NCBI GenBank assembly: GCA_951406725.2
Contig: OX597819.1
Coordinates: forward strand, 92,070,001 to 92,134,000
Origin: Octopus vulgaris
Taxonomy: Eukaryota
DNA length: 64,000 bases
Reading direction: 5' to 3'
Positions 26,597-40,722 of the stretch are shown here, piece after piece. The notes beneath the pieces are model-generated. The model was given only the letters and a program-made list of their open reading frames with translations, made no database searches and was not told the DNA's origin. Position 1 is the stretch's first letter, and each line of letters begins with the position of its first letter. The position numbers were made by a program, and so were the translations under genes.

Positions 26597-27208
26597 CAAG
26601 GTGCAATGGATAAATTGTCGCCTCTTATGTTTTTAATTTCGTATACGCATTGTTCGGTTGGGATTTTGTCGACTACACAGTATAGTAGGGTCATTTGGGC
26701 ACCGTCTGTGTGAAAAAACAGGACCATGATGCAATTCCCTCTGCCAGAAATTTGGAAACGACAAGCTGTACTGCTTGGCATTCGCACTGGAAGCTCCAAT
26801 ACGAGCATTTCAGAGAGTTTGGGTGTCGATCTGAGTACAGTGCATGTACCGACAGTGATAAAATCAAACATCCAATCGCCATCATGGTCTTTGGAGTGAT
26901 CACTAGTGACGGCAATGTTACGCCTCCAATCATCTTCCCACTTGGCCTCAGACTCAGAACGGTAGCCTACATCAAGTGCATGGAGGAGGTAGTGCTTCCC
27001 TGGGTCAAGAGGATGGCTGCTGGAAGACCCTCTGTCTGGCAACAGAACTCTGCACCATACCACACAAGCAATTGCGTCATGGTGTTGTTTTTCCCACAGA
27101 CGGTACCAAACTGATTCTACTATACGGTGTAGTCGACAAAATCCCAACCAAACAATGCGCATGCGTAAAATAAAAAAAAAATAGCGACAATTTACCCGTC
27201 GCACTCTG
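26597..27208 (+). mobile_element. Internally deleted Tc1/mariner-superfamily transposon (maT/DD37D-like)
   Basis: About 140-bp imperfect TIRs flanked by TA; peptide IMVFGVITSDG...YIKCMEEVVLPW...WQQNSAPYHTS. Confidence 0.85.
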
Positions 27209-27232
27209 TATGTGTGTGTGTGTGTGTGTATG

Positions 27233-27302
<70 letters not shown>

Positions 27303-27972
27303 TTTCTAGACAGTTACCAACTACCTAATTCACTCAGAAGGCATAGTAATAGAAAAAAAAACCTGCCCAAGGTGGCGCGCAGAGTGATTGAAATCGAAAC
27401 CAGGCAACTGTGAATCGTGCTTCTTAACTACACACCCACAGCTGCGCCTATATCTCTAAATGAAATTCAGTAATTATCTGTAATGAGAGATAATCAGATT
27501 TTGAGGATTATAAAAAGGAAGCTATCTGCATATGGATATGTTTAGAGAATGATGTGAAAAATAATATGCAGATACATTACCTCATCATTAGTAATTAGAC
27601 ATTTATGTCGCATAGAGTAATACTAGGTACTGCAGACATATCATGTAGGGTTCTTTGAATACAAAAGTAAAATTCCGAATCAAAGGCTCTGAAGATTGTG
27701 TTCGGTTACGCGGTGAGATCTCATGCAGGGAAGATGAGGTAACTAAAAATTGACATTTATTGGTAACGTAGCCGTATATTCTAGGAGGAGGGAATATTCG
27801 ATTAATTTGGCTGATTTGACTGATTTTTATTTTATCGATCCCAGGAGGTTGAAAGCGAAAATCGATTTCGGTGCTATTTGAAATCAAGACGCCAAGGATC
27901 TCAACGAAAAGGTGCACGATATTTTATGCAAGGCTCTACCGATCTTCCTACAACCATCAACAACGACAACAA

Positions 27973-28520
27973 TGGAGACGCAATAGACCAGTGGTTAGGG
28001 CAGCGGACTCGCGGTTGTAAGAACGCAGTTTCGATTCACAGACCGGGCATTGTGAGTGTTTATTAAGCAAAAACACCTAACCTCCACGAGCTCCGGCGGG
28101 GATGGGTGGTGAACCCCACTGTACTCTTTTACCACAACTTTCTCTCACTCTTTCTTCCTACTTCTGCTACAAAGCAGAGGAACCATGGTGTAACGCACTA
28201 TGGTGGGGTAAACCTTCAGACCCTAGTCTAGATTGCGTATCCTCTGTACCCCAGGATGGTTCAGCTCTCCACCCGTTAAAAGCCACTGTTTACGGAATGA
28301 GGATAACAACGTAGCTTTCGCGCCCGTGCAACCGCCAGTCTATCGCGTGTGGTGGGTGAATCTTCAAGTTGCCACACGCATTCTTAGTAGCTTAGAGTAG
28401 GCTCGAATTAGAGATTATTCTTTGTGGCTAATGGCGTGAGTCCTGATTGGAAGAAGTAGAAGAAGAAGAAGAAGAAGAAGAAGAAGAAGAAGAAGAAGAA
28501 GAAGAAGAAGAAGAAGAAGA
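27973..28520 (+). mobile_element. SINE family C long variant with (GAA)n tail
   Basis: Homolog of 15105-15600. Confidence 0.85.
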
Positions 28521-28539
28521 AAACAGCAACAGCAATGGT

Positions 28540-29116
28540 TTCAAATTTTAGGGGAGGGTAAATCGGATACAGCGACCCCAGTACTCAAGAGGAACTCATT
28601 TTATATAGATTCCGAAAAGATGATAGTCGACTTCCGAGGAATTTCAACTCAAGACGTAAAGAACCAGAGGAAATGCCCACACTAACAATTCTGCCAGCTA
28701 CCACCTAAATAATAACCCTTTCTACTACAGACAGAAAGCCTGAAATTTTGAAGGGATGGGGCTAGTTAATTACGTCGACTCTAATACTCAACTGGTACTT
28801 GATTAATCGACTCCGAAAGGATGAAAGGCAAAGTCGACCACGGCGGAATTTGAACTCAGAACGTAGCGGCAGACGAAATACCTATTTCTTTACTACCCAC
28901 CAGGGGTTAAACACAGAGAGGACAATCAAGGACAGACAAACGGATTTAGTCGATTATATCGACTGCAGTGCGTAACTGGTACTTACTTAATCGACCCCGA
29001 AAGGATGAAAGGCAAAGTCGACCTCGCCGGAATTTGAACTCAGAACGTAGCCGCAGACAAAATACCGCCAAGCATTTCGCCCGGCGTGCTAACGTTTCTG
29101 CCAACACGCCGCCTTA
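28540..29116 (-). mobile_element. Cluster of SINE family A units (dimeric copy plus older copy)
   Basis: Repeated 'tcgac.ccgaaaggatgaaaggcaaagtcgacc..g.cggaatttgaactcagaacgtag'. Confidence 0.85.
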
Positions 29117-29172
29117 AAGAATAATAATAGTACCAACAGCAACAGCAACAAGAACAACAACAGCAACAATAA

Positions 29173-29204
<32 letters not shown>

Positions 29205-29903
29205 ATTATCATTTCGTTATTAGCACTAACATTTTCTGCGTGGGTTGCTCTCGGAAGCAATCGACGTCTTCTGGACACATTTCTTTTAATATCTGAAAAT
29301 AAAAAGAAATCTATTGTTTTTATTAGTATTCTGTCATTGGCATATTTATTTAATGTTGTCCTCCTTTTATTTGTTTTATCATTTCTGTATCCAGACATCG
29401 CCTGCGGCAACAGTAACGTGTTAATGTGTCAATGATATGGTAGTTACTCTTTCGAAGGTCTGTGTATATGATTTCAGTTTCCTCCGACTGCTCAGTTTCA
29501 ATTATAATCTTGAGGTGAAGTATCTTTGTTGTTCTGAGCGGATCTGTTATTGTACTTCTGCTGAAGATATCATTGTGGTTCTGAGGAGAGGCATTATTAC
29601 TGTTTTGAGGAGAATTCTCCTTATTCTTTTTTCTTATAGTCTGTGAGTTGTTGTTCTATATGACTGTATAGGCCGTGACTTTGTACTGACGACGGAACTT
29701 CTCCCCACTTTTACGAGTTAATGTTTATCGATGTTCACTTCTGTGATTGTGTGCATTTTCATTTTTTGTCTACCACCCTCTCTCCTTTAATTTGGAAGTA
29801 TTGTTCAATTTCAATTTCCTGAAGTGGTGTTACTAGTTGGCTACAATCGTGTGGGATAAGATACCCGCTGAACTGCTTCTTGGATGCGGCAAGAGACGAC
29901 CTC

Positions 29904-30137
29904 GTGGAGGCGCGTGGTTTAGTGGTTAGGGTGTTGGATTCGTGATCGTAAGAATGTAATTTCGATTGCGGATTGCGGGACCGGGTAACGCGTTGTGTTC
30001 CTGAGTAAAACATTTCGTTTTCAGGTTGTTCCAATCCACTCAGTTGGCAAAAATGAGTAATCCTGCGACGGAACTTATATGCCATGGAAACCGGGAAACG
30101 GCCCTTATGAAACGACATAACTTGAGAAGGCAACTTT
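29904..30137 (+). mobile_element. SINE family C short variant
   Basis: 'gtggaggcgcgtggtttagtggttaggg...ttcgatt...gttgtgttcctgagtaaaac...ggaaaccgggaaacggccc'. Confidence 0.75.
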
Positions 30138-30759
30138 TTACCAAGAGGTTACCAGTTCTTCAGGACAAAAATCCCTCAAGTTTTTCTCTTACTACATATA
30201 AAACCTAAAAGCCTATTGCCTTGCGTCATCAGTTTCATGCCACTTGTTTTAGGCTCCTTAGCCGGGTACAGCACTGATATGACGTTGTCAACTTCGGGGG
30301 TCATTAGAACTTGCAAATTTATCGTGACTCTCTCTTTGTCTCATGTCGTCTCTCGTACCACTGAGCTAACCACTTGACCTCAGTAAGATACAAATGTGAC
30401 AGCTAGGTGAAGATCCACAAAATTTCAATGTTCTTGATCGCAATCACAATATTCCTTTGTCTCATGCACAAGTGCGTAGTTGGAATTATGTCTATGTTTC
30501 AGCTTGTATTTTATTTGAATCTTCAATAAACATTAACACAATGTTTGTCCCTCTCACTCGTCGAATATCTCACGATGTATCTTTTAGTATTTCTTCTATG
30601 TGCTGCTTTGACACTAATTAGAAACATTGTTAAGGGAGATATAGATTTTTCTCTTTGGTCTCTCATTTATTAGATTTTGAGACAAGGAGGTACTATTCGA
30701 TTTAGCACAATTCTTCCAGCTAATTTTTCCATGGGAACCTTGTTATAGATAACAGTGCT

Positions 30760-31830
30760 GTCAGAGCGGCAATTAAAGCAAAACTCGACCTAGAACAAAG
30801 AAACCAGAAGAAATAAAATGTTCTCTTTATATATAAAATCAACGAAGTATGAACTGGAAACTTTACACAGAAGGAAAAAAAATTGCAAAAGACAAATCAA
30901 AAGAAAAGTTTAAAAACAAGAGACAAAATCAAAATGAAATTTCAAACCATATCAAAGAAAAAATATAGAGTATAACCAATCCATGGCCAATACTTTTCCC
31001 AAGTCGACAGACAGAATATACATCAGAGTTTAAAGCCAACAATATCTCAGATGGTCTCGGCTATAAACAAGCATTATGTCTGGTTGTCTGGTTTCAGATG
31101 CAGACGACGAGTGTCTGGTGACAAAAATAAAGAAAAATAATGAAAAAGAAGGATAACAACAATTGCAATCCATGCAACCAGTACAATTTGGCAATTGACT
31201 ACATTGTTTCCGGGTTCCTACTTCTTGCCAAATCTGTATAAACTCACCGAAATGATCGAACTGGCAGCTATGCACACTGGGCAACGCGCCGAGATTTCGA
31301 CGTGAAAACGATACATGATTCCGACTTCCAAGCAGATATTTATAACCTACATGCGTAGACTGAAGAGGCAATCGAGGAAAACTGCCTAAGTATAACAAAA
31401 GACTGGAGCAAAAATGCTACTAGTCTGATAAACACTTCGAACATTGACCAAATCACTTCCCAGGAAGAGGTGGAAAACCTCAAAGTACAAGGAACCAGAA
31501 ATAAGCAAAATATGAGGTATCAAGATAAAAACATCACCAACGGTAATTCGTTTTTGATGGTGGAAGCTATAAAGAATAGCAGGTAAACTTGGGTGTAAAA
31601 TCTCTTTGAATAGAAAATACTCAAATTATTACACGTTTCTCGAAGTTTCAAAATTCTTATGACGTAAGCACCAATAACAATCGCTTCTCTTGGTATAACA
31701 AAAGATAAATGGAAAGAAAACCCCAAACCAAACAAACCATATCAAATCTCATAATGGTACACATTGTTAAAAATATTTCCTCCATCTGATACATCCTACA
31801 TAAGGGACTTTGAATTCAAAAGCACAATTC
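30760..31830 (+). mobile_element. Highly decayed Dong/R4-type LINE C-terminal region
   Basis: PIHGQYFSQVDRQ and residual zinc-knuckle-like pieces; many stops. Confidence 0.45.
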
Positions 31831-33176
31831 AAACTGTATACTCTCTGCAACAAAACGAATACCATATCTAATAACCGTTCAAGAAATTAACATGATTCAG
31901 GCAAGACATACTCGACAAGATCAATACAAATACACACACACTCTCGCTCTCTCTCAGCTAAATATATATAGTTGATATATAAATAGGCATAATTTTGCTT
32001 GAAGCTATACTGGACATATAAACTGGGCTAATTTAGGTGTTTGAATTTTATTGCTGACTCCTCGCAATTCATCCAGTCGCAGAGAAACAAGCAGCCAGTC
32101 TGCTTTTATATTCAACAATTACAATGGCTGTAGAAACCAGGGGCTACTAATTTGCATACTGTAAGTTTCAATACTTTATTTAATACCAGGGACAGGTCAT
32201 CGGGAAAGTCAGTCCATATAGTATGAAGGTGTGATATATGTAATGTATGCAATCTCTCTCGCTCTTTCTCTCTCTCTCTCCCCCCCACACACACACATAA
32301 ATGCACAAGCACACACTTACACATACACATACACACACATATATACATGTACATATATACATATGGATGCATAGACACACACGCATATGTATGCATGTGT
32401 GTGCATGTACGTATGCGCACCAACATTCGCACGCACGCGCACAAACATGAAAAAATAGTTTTAAGTGTTTATGTCGATGTGAATGTGTACATGACCGTAT
32501 GCTTGCATGCATATACGCATGTATGTAGGGATATATATATATATATATATATAAGTAAGCTAAAATATGATTAGGATCGAGCAAAGAAAACAGACATACT
32601 GTTGACCGCTCAATGAACTTCTGTATCTCGCTCGATCGTTTATCAGGAGGTAATAAAAAAGACAGTAAATTGGCAAGAGATACGTATACAACCGAACGCA
32701 ACAAACGTGAGGTGAAGGAGGATGAACATTGGTATATTAATTCCGAGATTTTATGCACCGACCTGTACGTAATGGATTGGTCTGCTAGAAATAGTAGCCA
32801 AATCTTTGAACTATGTCTTATTATCCTTCTAAGAATAAAAACATCAGATTAACTAAATTTTCTACCTCTACAGATACCTTAATTTTGTGAGATAATTCAT
32901 CGATCTAATCCCCAATGTAAAACCTCACTGTGGCCACTTTATCGGCTAGAAAAAAGCAGTTAAATCTTTGAACCACATCCTAACAGCTTTCTAAGAACAC
33001 ATAAGATAAACGGATTTCTTACTTTTCTGAGATAATTCAACAATCAGTTAAGGTTCTCCAGTGGTCTTATATAACGAAATTTCTCATTTCGATTCAGTGT
33101 TTAAAAACGACCAAATTTACAAAGGCTTCGATTTATATACACGTATAAAAAACATATATACAATTATATAAAGACA

Positions 33177-33217
<41 letters not shown>

Positions 33218-34044
33218 TGGTGGTTGTCTACTTCTTATGCAGAGTTTGACTACCTCCTGTACCTACACCTTAGAAACATCATGGAGTGTTATTATATATA
33301 TATATATATATATATAAGACGGGCTCCTTTCAGTTTCCTTCTACTAGCTCCATTCACAAGGCTTTGGTCGGCTCGAGGATATAGTAGACGACAGTTACAC
33401 ACACACACACATATACATTATCCGAAATGCACAGTATTATATATCCATCACGACTGATCTTACCAATCGGTTTCCTGCAAGGAATACAATGGAGTGTTAG
33501 GTAACAATCTGATTCTATAACCTTACGCTCATCAGAGTTAGTCGCTATGGAAGGGAATATGACGACTGATCTTTATTGTCGGAGGTGGATTAATACATAC
33601 AGTTTGCAGCTGCTGTGAAATGATGGTAAAGCGAAAACGGGCCAGAGGATTAGCTTATGGTTTACGTCCTTTGATTGGTTACGCTTTAAGGCCGGTAAGA
33701 GTTATCTTGAAGTGTTTGTGGGGCAAGTGTGCGTTATTAAGTATGGTGTTTCTGTGAGGATAGAGCGTGTGATATGTGTAGTGGTATCATAAACATAATT
33801 TCTTCCTGGAGTGTAGGTATATATTGTTGCGTTCGTTGTTCTGTTTTCTTTCTCAATTGGTTAAGGGGTTTTATGCTAGCGTGTGGTGTGTAATGTTTGT
33901 GTGTGGGGAACACAATGTGGGAGAAGGTGTATATGTGGTGGTTGGTGGAAGACAGTCTATATTGTGGTGTGTCCGCCTTGTAGAGGTGTGCGTGTATGTA
34001 TATTGATGCAGTGGTGTGTGCTCTGGGCAAATTCTTTGCCGAGC

Positions 34045-34245
34045 CTTGGGATATTGGTGGAAGGCCGAAACCGGAGACAAAATGCTTAGCGGCATATCAG
34101 CCGTCTTTATGATCTGAGTTCAAATTCCACCGAAGTCAACTTTAACATTTTTTACCTTTCGGGTACCAGTTGAACAGTGGGGGGTTGATTTAATCGACTA
34201 ACTCCTCTCCGAAATTTCTGTCCTTGTGCCAAAATTTGAAACCAG
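34045..34245 (+). mobile_element. SINE family A
   Basis: 'aaatgcttagcggcat...ctgagttcaaattccaccgaagtcaacttt'. Confidence 0.7.
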
Positions 34246-34572
34246 TATTTCTTACCTTGAATACTTTGACACTGATATGATAAATATTCTTAGACAAAAT
34301 TCCTACTGTAGTAATATTACTATTGCAGTAATAATATACTTGTAGCAATGTTGTAATTTTGTAGCGTTAAACGTGATCATTATATTTTTACCATAACACC
34401 AAGATATGCCAACCATCTTATTAATGGATTATTTGTTTTCGCACACAGTTGATTAATGTCTTTATGTAATACCCAGCGCATTTATTAAAGTTATTTTGTA
34501 ATATGTTCGAGGTTTAATTTATGATAGAAAAGAATATCTATACGTGTATATGCAAGTATATATATATATAAA

Positions 34573-34878
34573 TATATAAGTAAAAGGGCAGGCAACAGGT
34601 TGCTTTGCTGCATACCGAAAGAATTAGAAACTGTTTATTTCCATTTTCTACAAGTGGGGGCTCCATATACGACATAACCCTGCAATTCACATATGCAAAA
34701 TAGGAGGTAAGGCATTGTTTTCGTTTATTTACTCCTATTTTGCATATGTGAATTGCAGGGTTATGTCGTATATCGAGCCCCCACTTGTAGAAAATGGAAA
34801 TAAACAGTCTCTGACTGCTATTTCTAATTCTTTCAGTATGCGGCAAAGCAACCTGTTGCCTGTCCTTTTACTTATATA
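34573..34878. repeat. Fold-back element with arms 34573-34706 and 34732-34878
   Basis: Near-perfect inverted arms, about 25-nt spacer, one arm with a short indel; left end in (TA)n. Confidence 0.92.
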
Positions 34879-35001
34879 CTATATATACTGAACTCCACAG
34901 AAGTTCCCGCCGCTAAAGGTCATATTTACATACCGAAATCTACCGGTAAATAATTGTTGGTTGTCTGAAAAACCATCGAAAAAATTATTTACCCTTATCA
35001 T

Positions 35002-35045
<44 letters not shown>

Positions 35046-35052
35046 GTGTGTG

Positions 35053-35100
<48 letters not shown>

Positions 35101-35307
35101 CAAACAATTTTGTCAGAGAACAGGTCACGGTCTCAAAGCGACGAAAATATTTTGGTAAATTAAATTTAAATGTTGAAGTGAAGCTAACGGTTTTTGTGTA
35201 TTTTAAATGGCTTATAAACACCTTCCACGCTGCAATTGTCTTCGTTCCAGCACACGATCTCAGATCAGGTGTGACTTGCTATGCAATTACATCTCCGTAA
35301 TGTATAT

Positions 35308-35342
<35 letters not shown>

Positions 35343-35345
35343 CAT

Positions 35346-35406
<61 letters not shown>

Positions 35407-35457
35407 TATGCATATATATAAATACATATATATACATATATATATACATGTATATAC

Positions 35458-35516
<59 letters not shown>

Positions 35517-35654
35517 CATATATATATACATATATACATATATATAAGTACATATATATATATATACATATATATGCATATATATACATATATAAATATA
35601 CATATATACACATATATATATACTTATATATATACATATATATATATATACACT

Positions 35655-35714
<60 letters not shown>

Positions 35715-36494
35715 TATGCTCTGTTGGCCGTTCTGTGAACTTTCAAATCATCTGTATTTGGCTCGAGCGCTTGTCACAAGACTATAAAACATTGCATATT
35801 GGCAAGCGATGTTTATGGAGCAAGCAAGGCATGAATAGGTAATGAATCATTCAATTTAAATTGAAGGTTTTATGATCCAGCTAAGGAACCTTTACGTTGT
35901 CGCGCAACCTGCTAGAAATTGAACTAAGCCCCCACTCAAATCACACTTTACAGGCCTTATGAAACAGCGATATACAGGGTAGTGGACATTACATGCGATA
36001 AAATAATATAAGATAAACGAAAAAGAAAATTGACATGGAAGAAATGGCTTATTTACTTCTATTTACACATACACACACAGACACACACATAAACACGCGC
36101 ACGCACACTTGCAAACACACACATGCACGCATGTACACACGAAAATATATGTATACATTAACAAATATATATATACATACATATGTATGTTAGTGTGCGC
36201 AAGTATGTGCACGCACATACAGGTATATATGTTTGCACACATACATATGTGTGTATGTGCATAATAGTCATAGGTGAAACTAGATCTAGGCTGAGGATCC
36301 TCGAGTCGGTCATAGGGCGATTGCCTCTCCTGTCAACACATGTATATACTTTATGCGATCCTCTCACAGAATTAAGAGTATTTGAACTCTTATTTCTAGC
36401 AATGTACGTGCTCCGTAATTCTTAGTCACACTTAGCAACGATTGAATTTTTCCTTTCTGATTTCACATTGTGTCTGGCTGTATGCTGTATACAT

Positions 36495-36544
<50 letters not shown>

Positions 36545-36641
36545 AGAAAATGAATATAATAATAATGGGAAACTCGTGGTTTTCGCTGGTATGTCTTTAA
36601 TTAAATTGGTAACAAAAAAGTAAGAAGCAGAGATAAGGGTG

Positions 36642-36692
36642 GCATTTACGATCGTTTCGATTTACTGGAGTAAGTAAATCTCTTCAGAATGC
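36642..36692 (-). ncRNA. Canonical minimal type-I hammerhead ribozyme
   Basis: Minus strand gcatt CTGAAGA GATTTACT tactcc AGTAAATC GAAA CGATCG TA aatgc; all core nucleotides, 8-bp stem II, 5-bp stem I, palindromic stem III, GUA site. Confidence 0.88.
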
Positions 36693-37009
36693 GAGTACAG
36701 ATAGATGCATCAGTTAGGATGCGAAAATGATTGATACATTTGTGATGGTAATGTAAATAAAGTGGTAATTCCTACATTAAATTTTTGTTCATGCACTGGT
36801 AAATTCGCTGGGTAGAAGTTTGCTTGTAGATTGGTTACCGCTAAGCATTTCGTCCAGCGTGCTAACGATTCTGCCAGTTCGCTGTCTTAGTGTCAATGAA
36901 TTATAACGAAAACTAACAGAATGCACTGCACACTTAAGAAATAAATATTTATTTATGTTTCTTTACGTTTTCGTTTCGAATTCTGTCGCGATCAGTTTTT
37001 TGTTTTTTT

Positions 37010-37350
37010 CTATTTTAGGCAGAAGGCCCGAAATTTTTGTGGAGGGGGTCAGTCGATTAGATTGGCCCCAATACGCAATTGGTACTTAATTTATCGACCC
37101 CGAAAAGATGAAAGGCAAAGTCAACCTCGGCAGTGTTTGAACTCAGAACGTAAATACAGACGAAATACCGCTAAGAATTTTGCACGGAAGCATCCACTTT
37201 GATGTTCTAACAGATCCATCAATCCAATACCTTGGATTGATATATTTCCATCGACTTCGAAAGGATGAGCAACCAAGCCGAGTTTGACTGGATTTGAACT
37301 AAGAGCGCAGAGACTGGAATTAATACCACGAAGTGTTATGTTTGACTCTG
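37010..37350 (-). mobile_element. Two SINE family A remnants
   Basis: 'ttatcgaccccgaaaagatgaaaggcaaagtcaacctcgg...tgaactcagaacg' plus an older partial copy. Confidence 0.7.
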
Positions 37351-38110
37351 CCAATTCTACTGCTCATAAGACTTACACTCTTAGACAAAACATGCGTATC
37401 AAATTTACAGACACACGCAAGCACGCAAACACACATCCGCGCCTAGAAGCATTTGCATACACGAACGCATTTCTAATAGCGAACGCACATGCACAGTTGC
37501 ACACATTTGCATATTACATATAACATATTTTTTTACAACAATTCGTTTCTTAATTGTATTTCGTTTGTCGTATAACTCATCTTTTCTCGCGGCTATATCC
37601 GAGAAACTTGCTTAAAGAACACATTTCAAAGACGAAAAAAAAAAGAAAAAAGAAAAAAGAATGATACGAAGAAATAAAGGTAAACAAACATTTCATATCG
37701 TTATTCTGTGTAATCGCTGAGAGAAAATTTGGATTTTCTGTTTTCTATTATTATTATTTTTCTTTTCTTTTCTTTTTTTTGCCTAAGTAATTTCTGAAAT
37801 AACAATGTCGACTTAAACAAATAACCAAGAATACTAACTGGATTTGGATATGTTGAATGCTAGGAAGGGAAAATGATAGCAATGCATAATATACATTCAG
37901 GTATTCAAAGCATCTGTTATGTTGATATTGGTTAAAAATGTGGTGGAGTTTGATGTTACGTTAGAGTCAAAAAAGCAGTGGATTTGTCTAAACATTTTTG
38001 TTGACGTCATAAGATAGACACATTTCGGGAAAGCATGAACTTCACAACCTCCCATTTCTCTTCAATTTTAATTCCAGACGAAATAATTGTAACCCATGTT
38101 GTCAGAAATG

Positions 38111-38178
<68 letters not shown>

Positions 38179-39431
38179 AAACACAAATACATTTGCGTAA
38201 AGATACATTCGCACACAGACAATCAACATTACACGTTGCCAAAATAACATTGATAGCAAAATATAAACAGACCTATATACCCATCTACCGACACCCATGC
38301 ACACACGTACATGCATACATACATGCATACATACATATATGCATGTATGCATGTATGTATACATACATACATATACATTGTGTGTGTTTGTGTGTGTGTG
38401 TTTGTGTGTGTGTATGTGTGTGTGTGTGTGTGTGTTTGTGTGTGTTTGTGTATGTGTGTGTGTGTGTGTGTGTGATAAATTGGATAATCTGCTTGGTCGT
38501 AGGAGTATCGTTCAGAATTCTGTAGTTTTGAATAGAAAAGTCAGTTTGGAGAAGTTCGTGCCTCTTAAACAAATTTGCGTAAGAATAGTTCAAGTGAGCA
38601 CTACAAATTAACCCCAAATACGATGTTTCCTCGATCTTAGTCGGCCAAAGTGAAATAGTGGGAGAATATACTTCAACTCATACTCTATCATTCTAGTGAA
38701 AGAGTAGAAAGTAATGGATAATGTATTTCCTGATATACAAACAAGCATGGCCAGTGTTAAAAGGGCTATGGTAAAGGGCTTGCTAAGTCAGAGTCAACCT
38801 GGCGTTAAAAAACATCAAATCAATTTTCCATTAACGCTACTGTATGATTCGGCCGTTTTCAAGGTCAATAATCACTTTAGGTGTAATTATTTGCCGAGCT
38901 TATAAAAGCTCTTACTCGATCTTGCAAGATCAGTAACAATTTTATTATTTGAACTCACTGCTCTCCGTTGTAATTGACATCACTTTTGCAACAACTAAGT
39001 TTCGCCATTTCATAGCTTCACGTTATTACCTCGCATCCTTTCCCATACTCCTCTCATTATATTGATTATTTCCCTTCTTCTGTCTCTCCCAACATTGTTT
39101 TCCCATTCACCATATTGACTGTACTGTTCGTGTAAACGTACACGCACATATATTTAAAAACAGACTTCTATACAGATTATACGTGTGGTTGAAATGCTGG
39201 AAAGAAAGAAAAGCACTTACTTCGCACAAAATTTTCCTCCTATAAAATCTGTGTTCAACTGTGTTTTTTTTTATTAATTTTCTTAAGTGATTAAAAATTT
39301 TTATTTAAAGAAATCCTTCTGCAAATATAGTGAATACATCAACAATAGTTGCTAAGAACTGTTCAAGCATATAACATACACATACAATTATACATGCATA
39401 AATAATACACACAGACACACACATATATACA

Positions 39432-39481
<50 letters not shown>

Positions 39482-39947
39482 TATATATATATATATACAT
39501 ATATAATATATAATATAATATATACATACATACATATTTATATGTATATATATATATATGCCACGGAAACGGTAAAAGCTAGAAACCCTTAATTAAGTAT
39601 AATCCTAGCAAAATATGAATAACAATGAAGACAATCATGCAATATCAATATATGTCATAATACAAACAACAAAACCACAATAAATCATGAAACATTTAAC
39701 AAATTCATAAATCAACAGACGCACACAAATACTCTCTAGAGAAGTAAAATAGTCAAAGCGATGGATTTTCAGTTCTAAGGGAAATCTATTGTTTTTATCT
39801 ATAAGCGTTTACCATTTAGGAGCTGTTTGCAGTTTTATCACGAATCTATAACAGTTCTGCTGCTCTATACTTAAATATCTTTCTCTCATTCTTTCTCTCT
39901 GAATCAATGTATATATATAAAATGTTCAAATATACATAAGTATATAT

Positions 39948-40012
<65 letters not shown>

Positions 40013-40173
40013 GTTATGTATATTCGAACATTATTTTTCTTTGTCCACACTTCAACTCTAAGGATATTTTGATATTTATGTAATCAAACCCGCATTTAGA
40101 TGTATACACTAGCTCATGTATACACACATGTACATGTATCGTGCATAAGTACACCCTCATTACAACACACACA

Positions 40174-40242
<69 letters not shown>

Positions 40243-40309
40243 CATATATACATATATATATATATATACATACATATATATATATACATATATACATATA
40301 TATATATAT

Positions 40310-40355
<46 letters not shown>

Positions 40356-40478
40356 TATATATATATATACATACATACACACACACATACACACACACAC
40401 ACATATATATATAAACGCAAAAAAGTGTAGTGTACAATTCATAAGTATATAAATACATAAATCATTTACTATAATCAT

Positions 40479-40576
40479 TGTTGTGGCGTGAGTACGACAC
40501 CTTCTGACGAGAATTGACGGGACTACTACATATAAATAGTAGAGGTCTGACGTAGTCGGCTGTTTGTAGTATGGTT
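40479..40576 (+). repeat. Truncated 5' LTR
   Basis: Homologous to the first about 98 bp of the 3' LTR; contains TATA-like tataaat. Confidence 0.85.
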
Positions 40577-40722
40577 GCGGGTGGGTAAAATTACTGGCAA
40601 AGGAGGGGCTCTAGTACATTTAAACCAGTGTAAAGCATTCGATAGGGTCGACCATCAATATCTGGCGACGGCTCTTGGAGCAGCCGTGCTGGGCCCGACT
40701 TTCTGCGGCTGGATCGCTGCTT
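40577..40722 (+). mobile_element. L1/Tx1-type LINE RT fragment inside the Gypsy element
   Basis: GALVHLNQCKAFDRVDHQYLATALGAAVLGPTFCGWIAA matches the LDQ.KAFDRV.H.YL...G..F..WI motif. Confidence 0.75.

Noticed and set aside
21486-29116. Repeated 'tcgaccccgaaaggatgaaaggcaaagtcgacc' units as a CRISPR-like array
   Set aside because: These are SINE cores with homologous intervening sequence, not unique spacers; the context is eukaryotic with no cas genes.
40503-40515. CTGACGAG/CTGAAGAG in the Gypsy LTRs as hammerhead cores
   Set aside because: No stem II followed by GAAA downstream.
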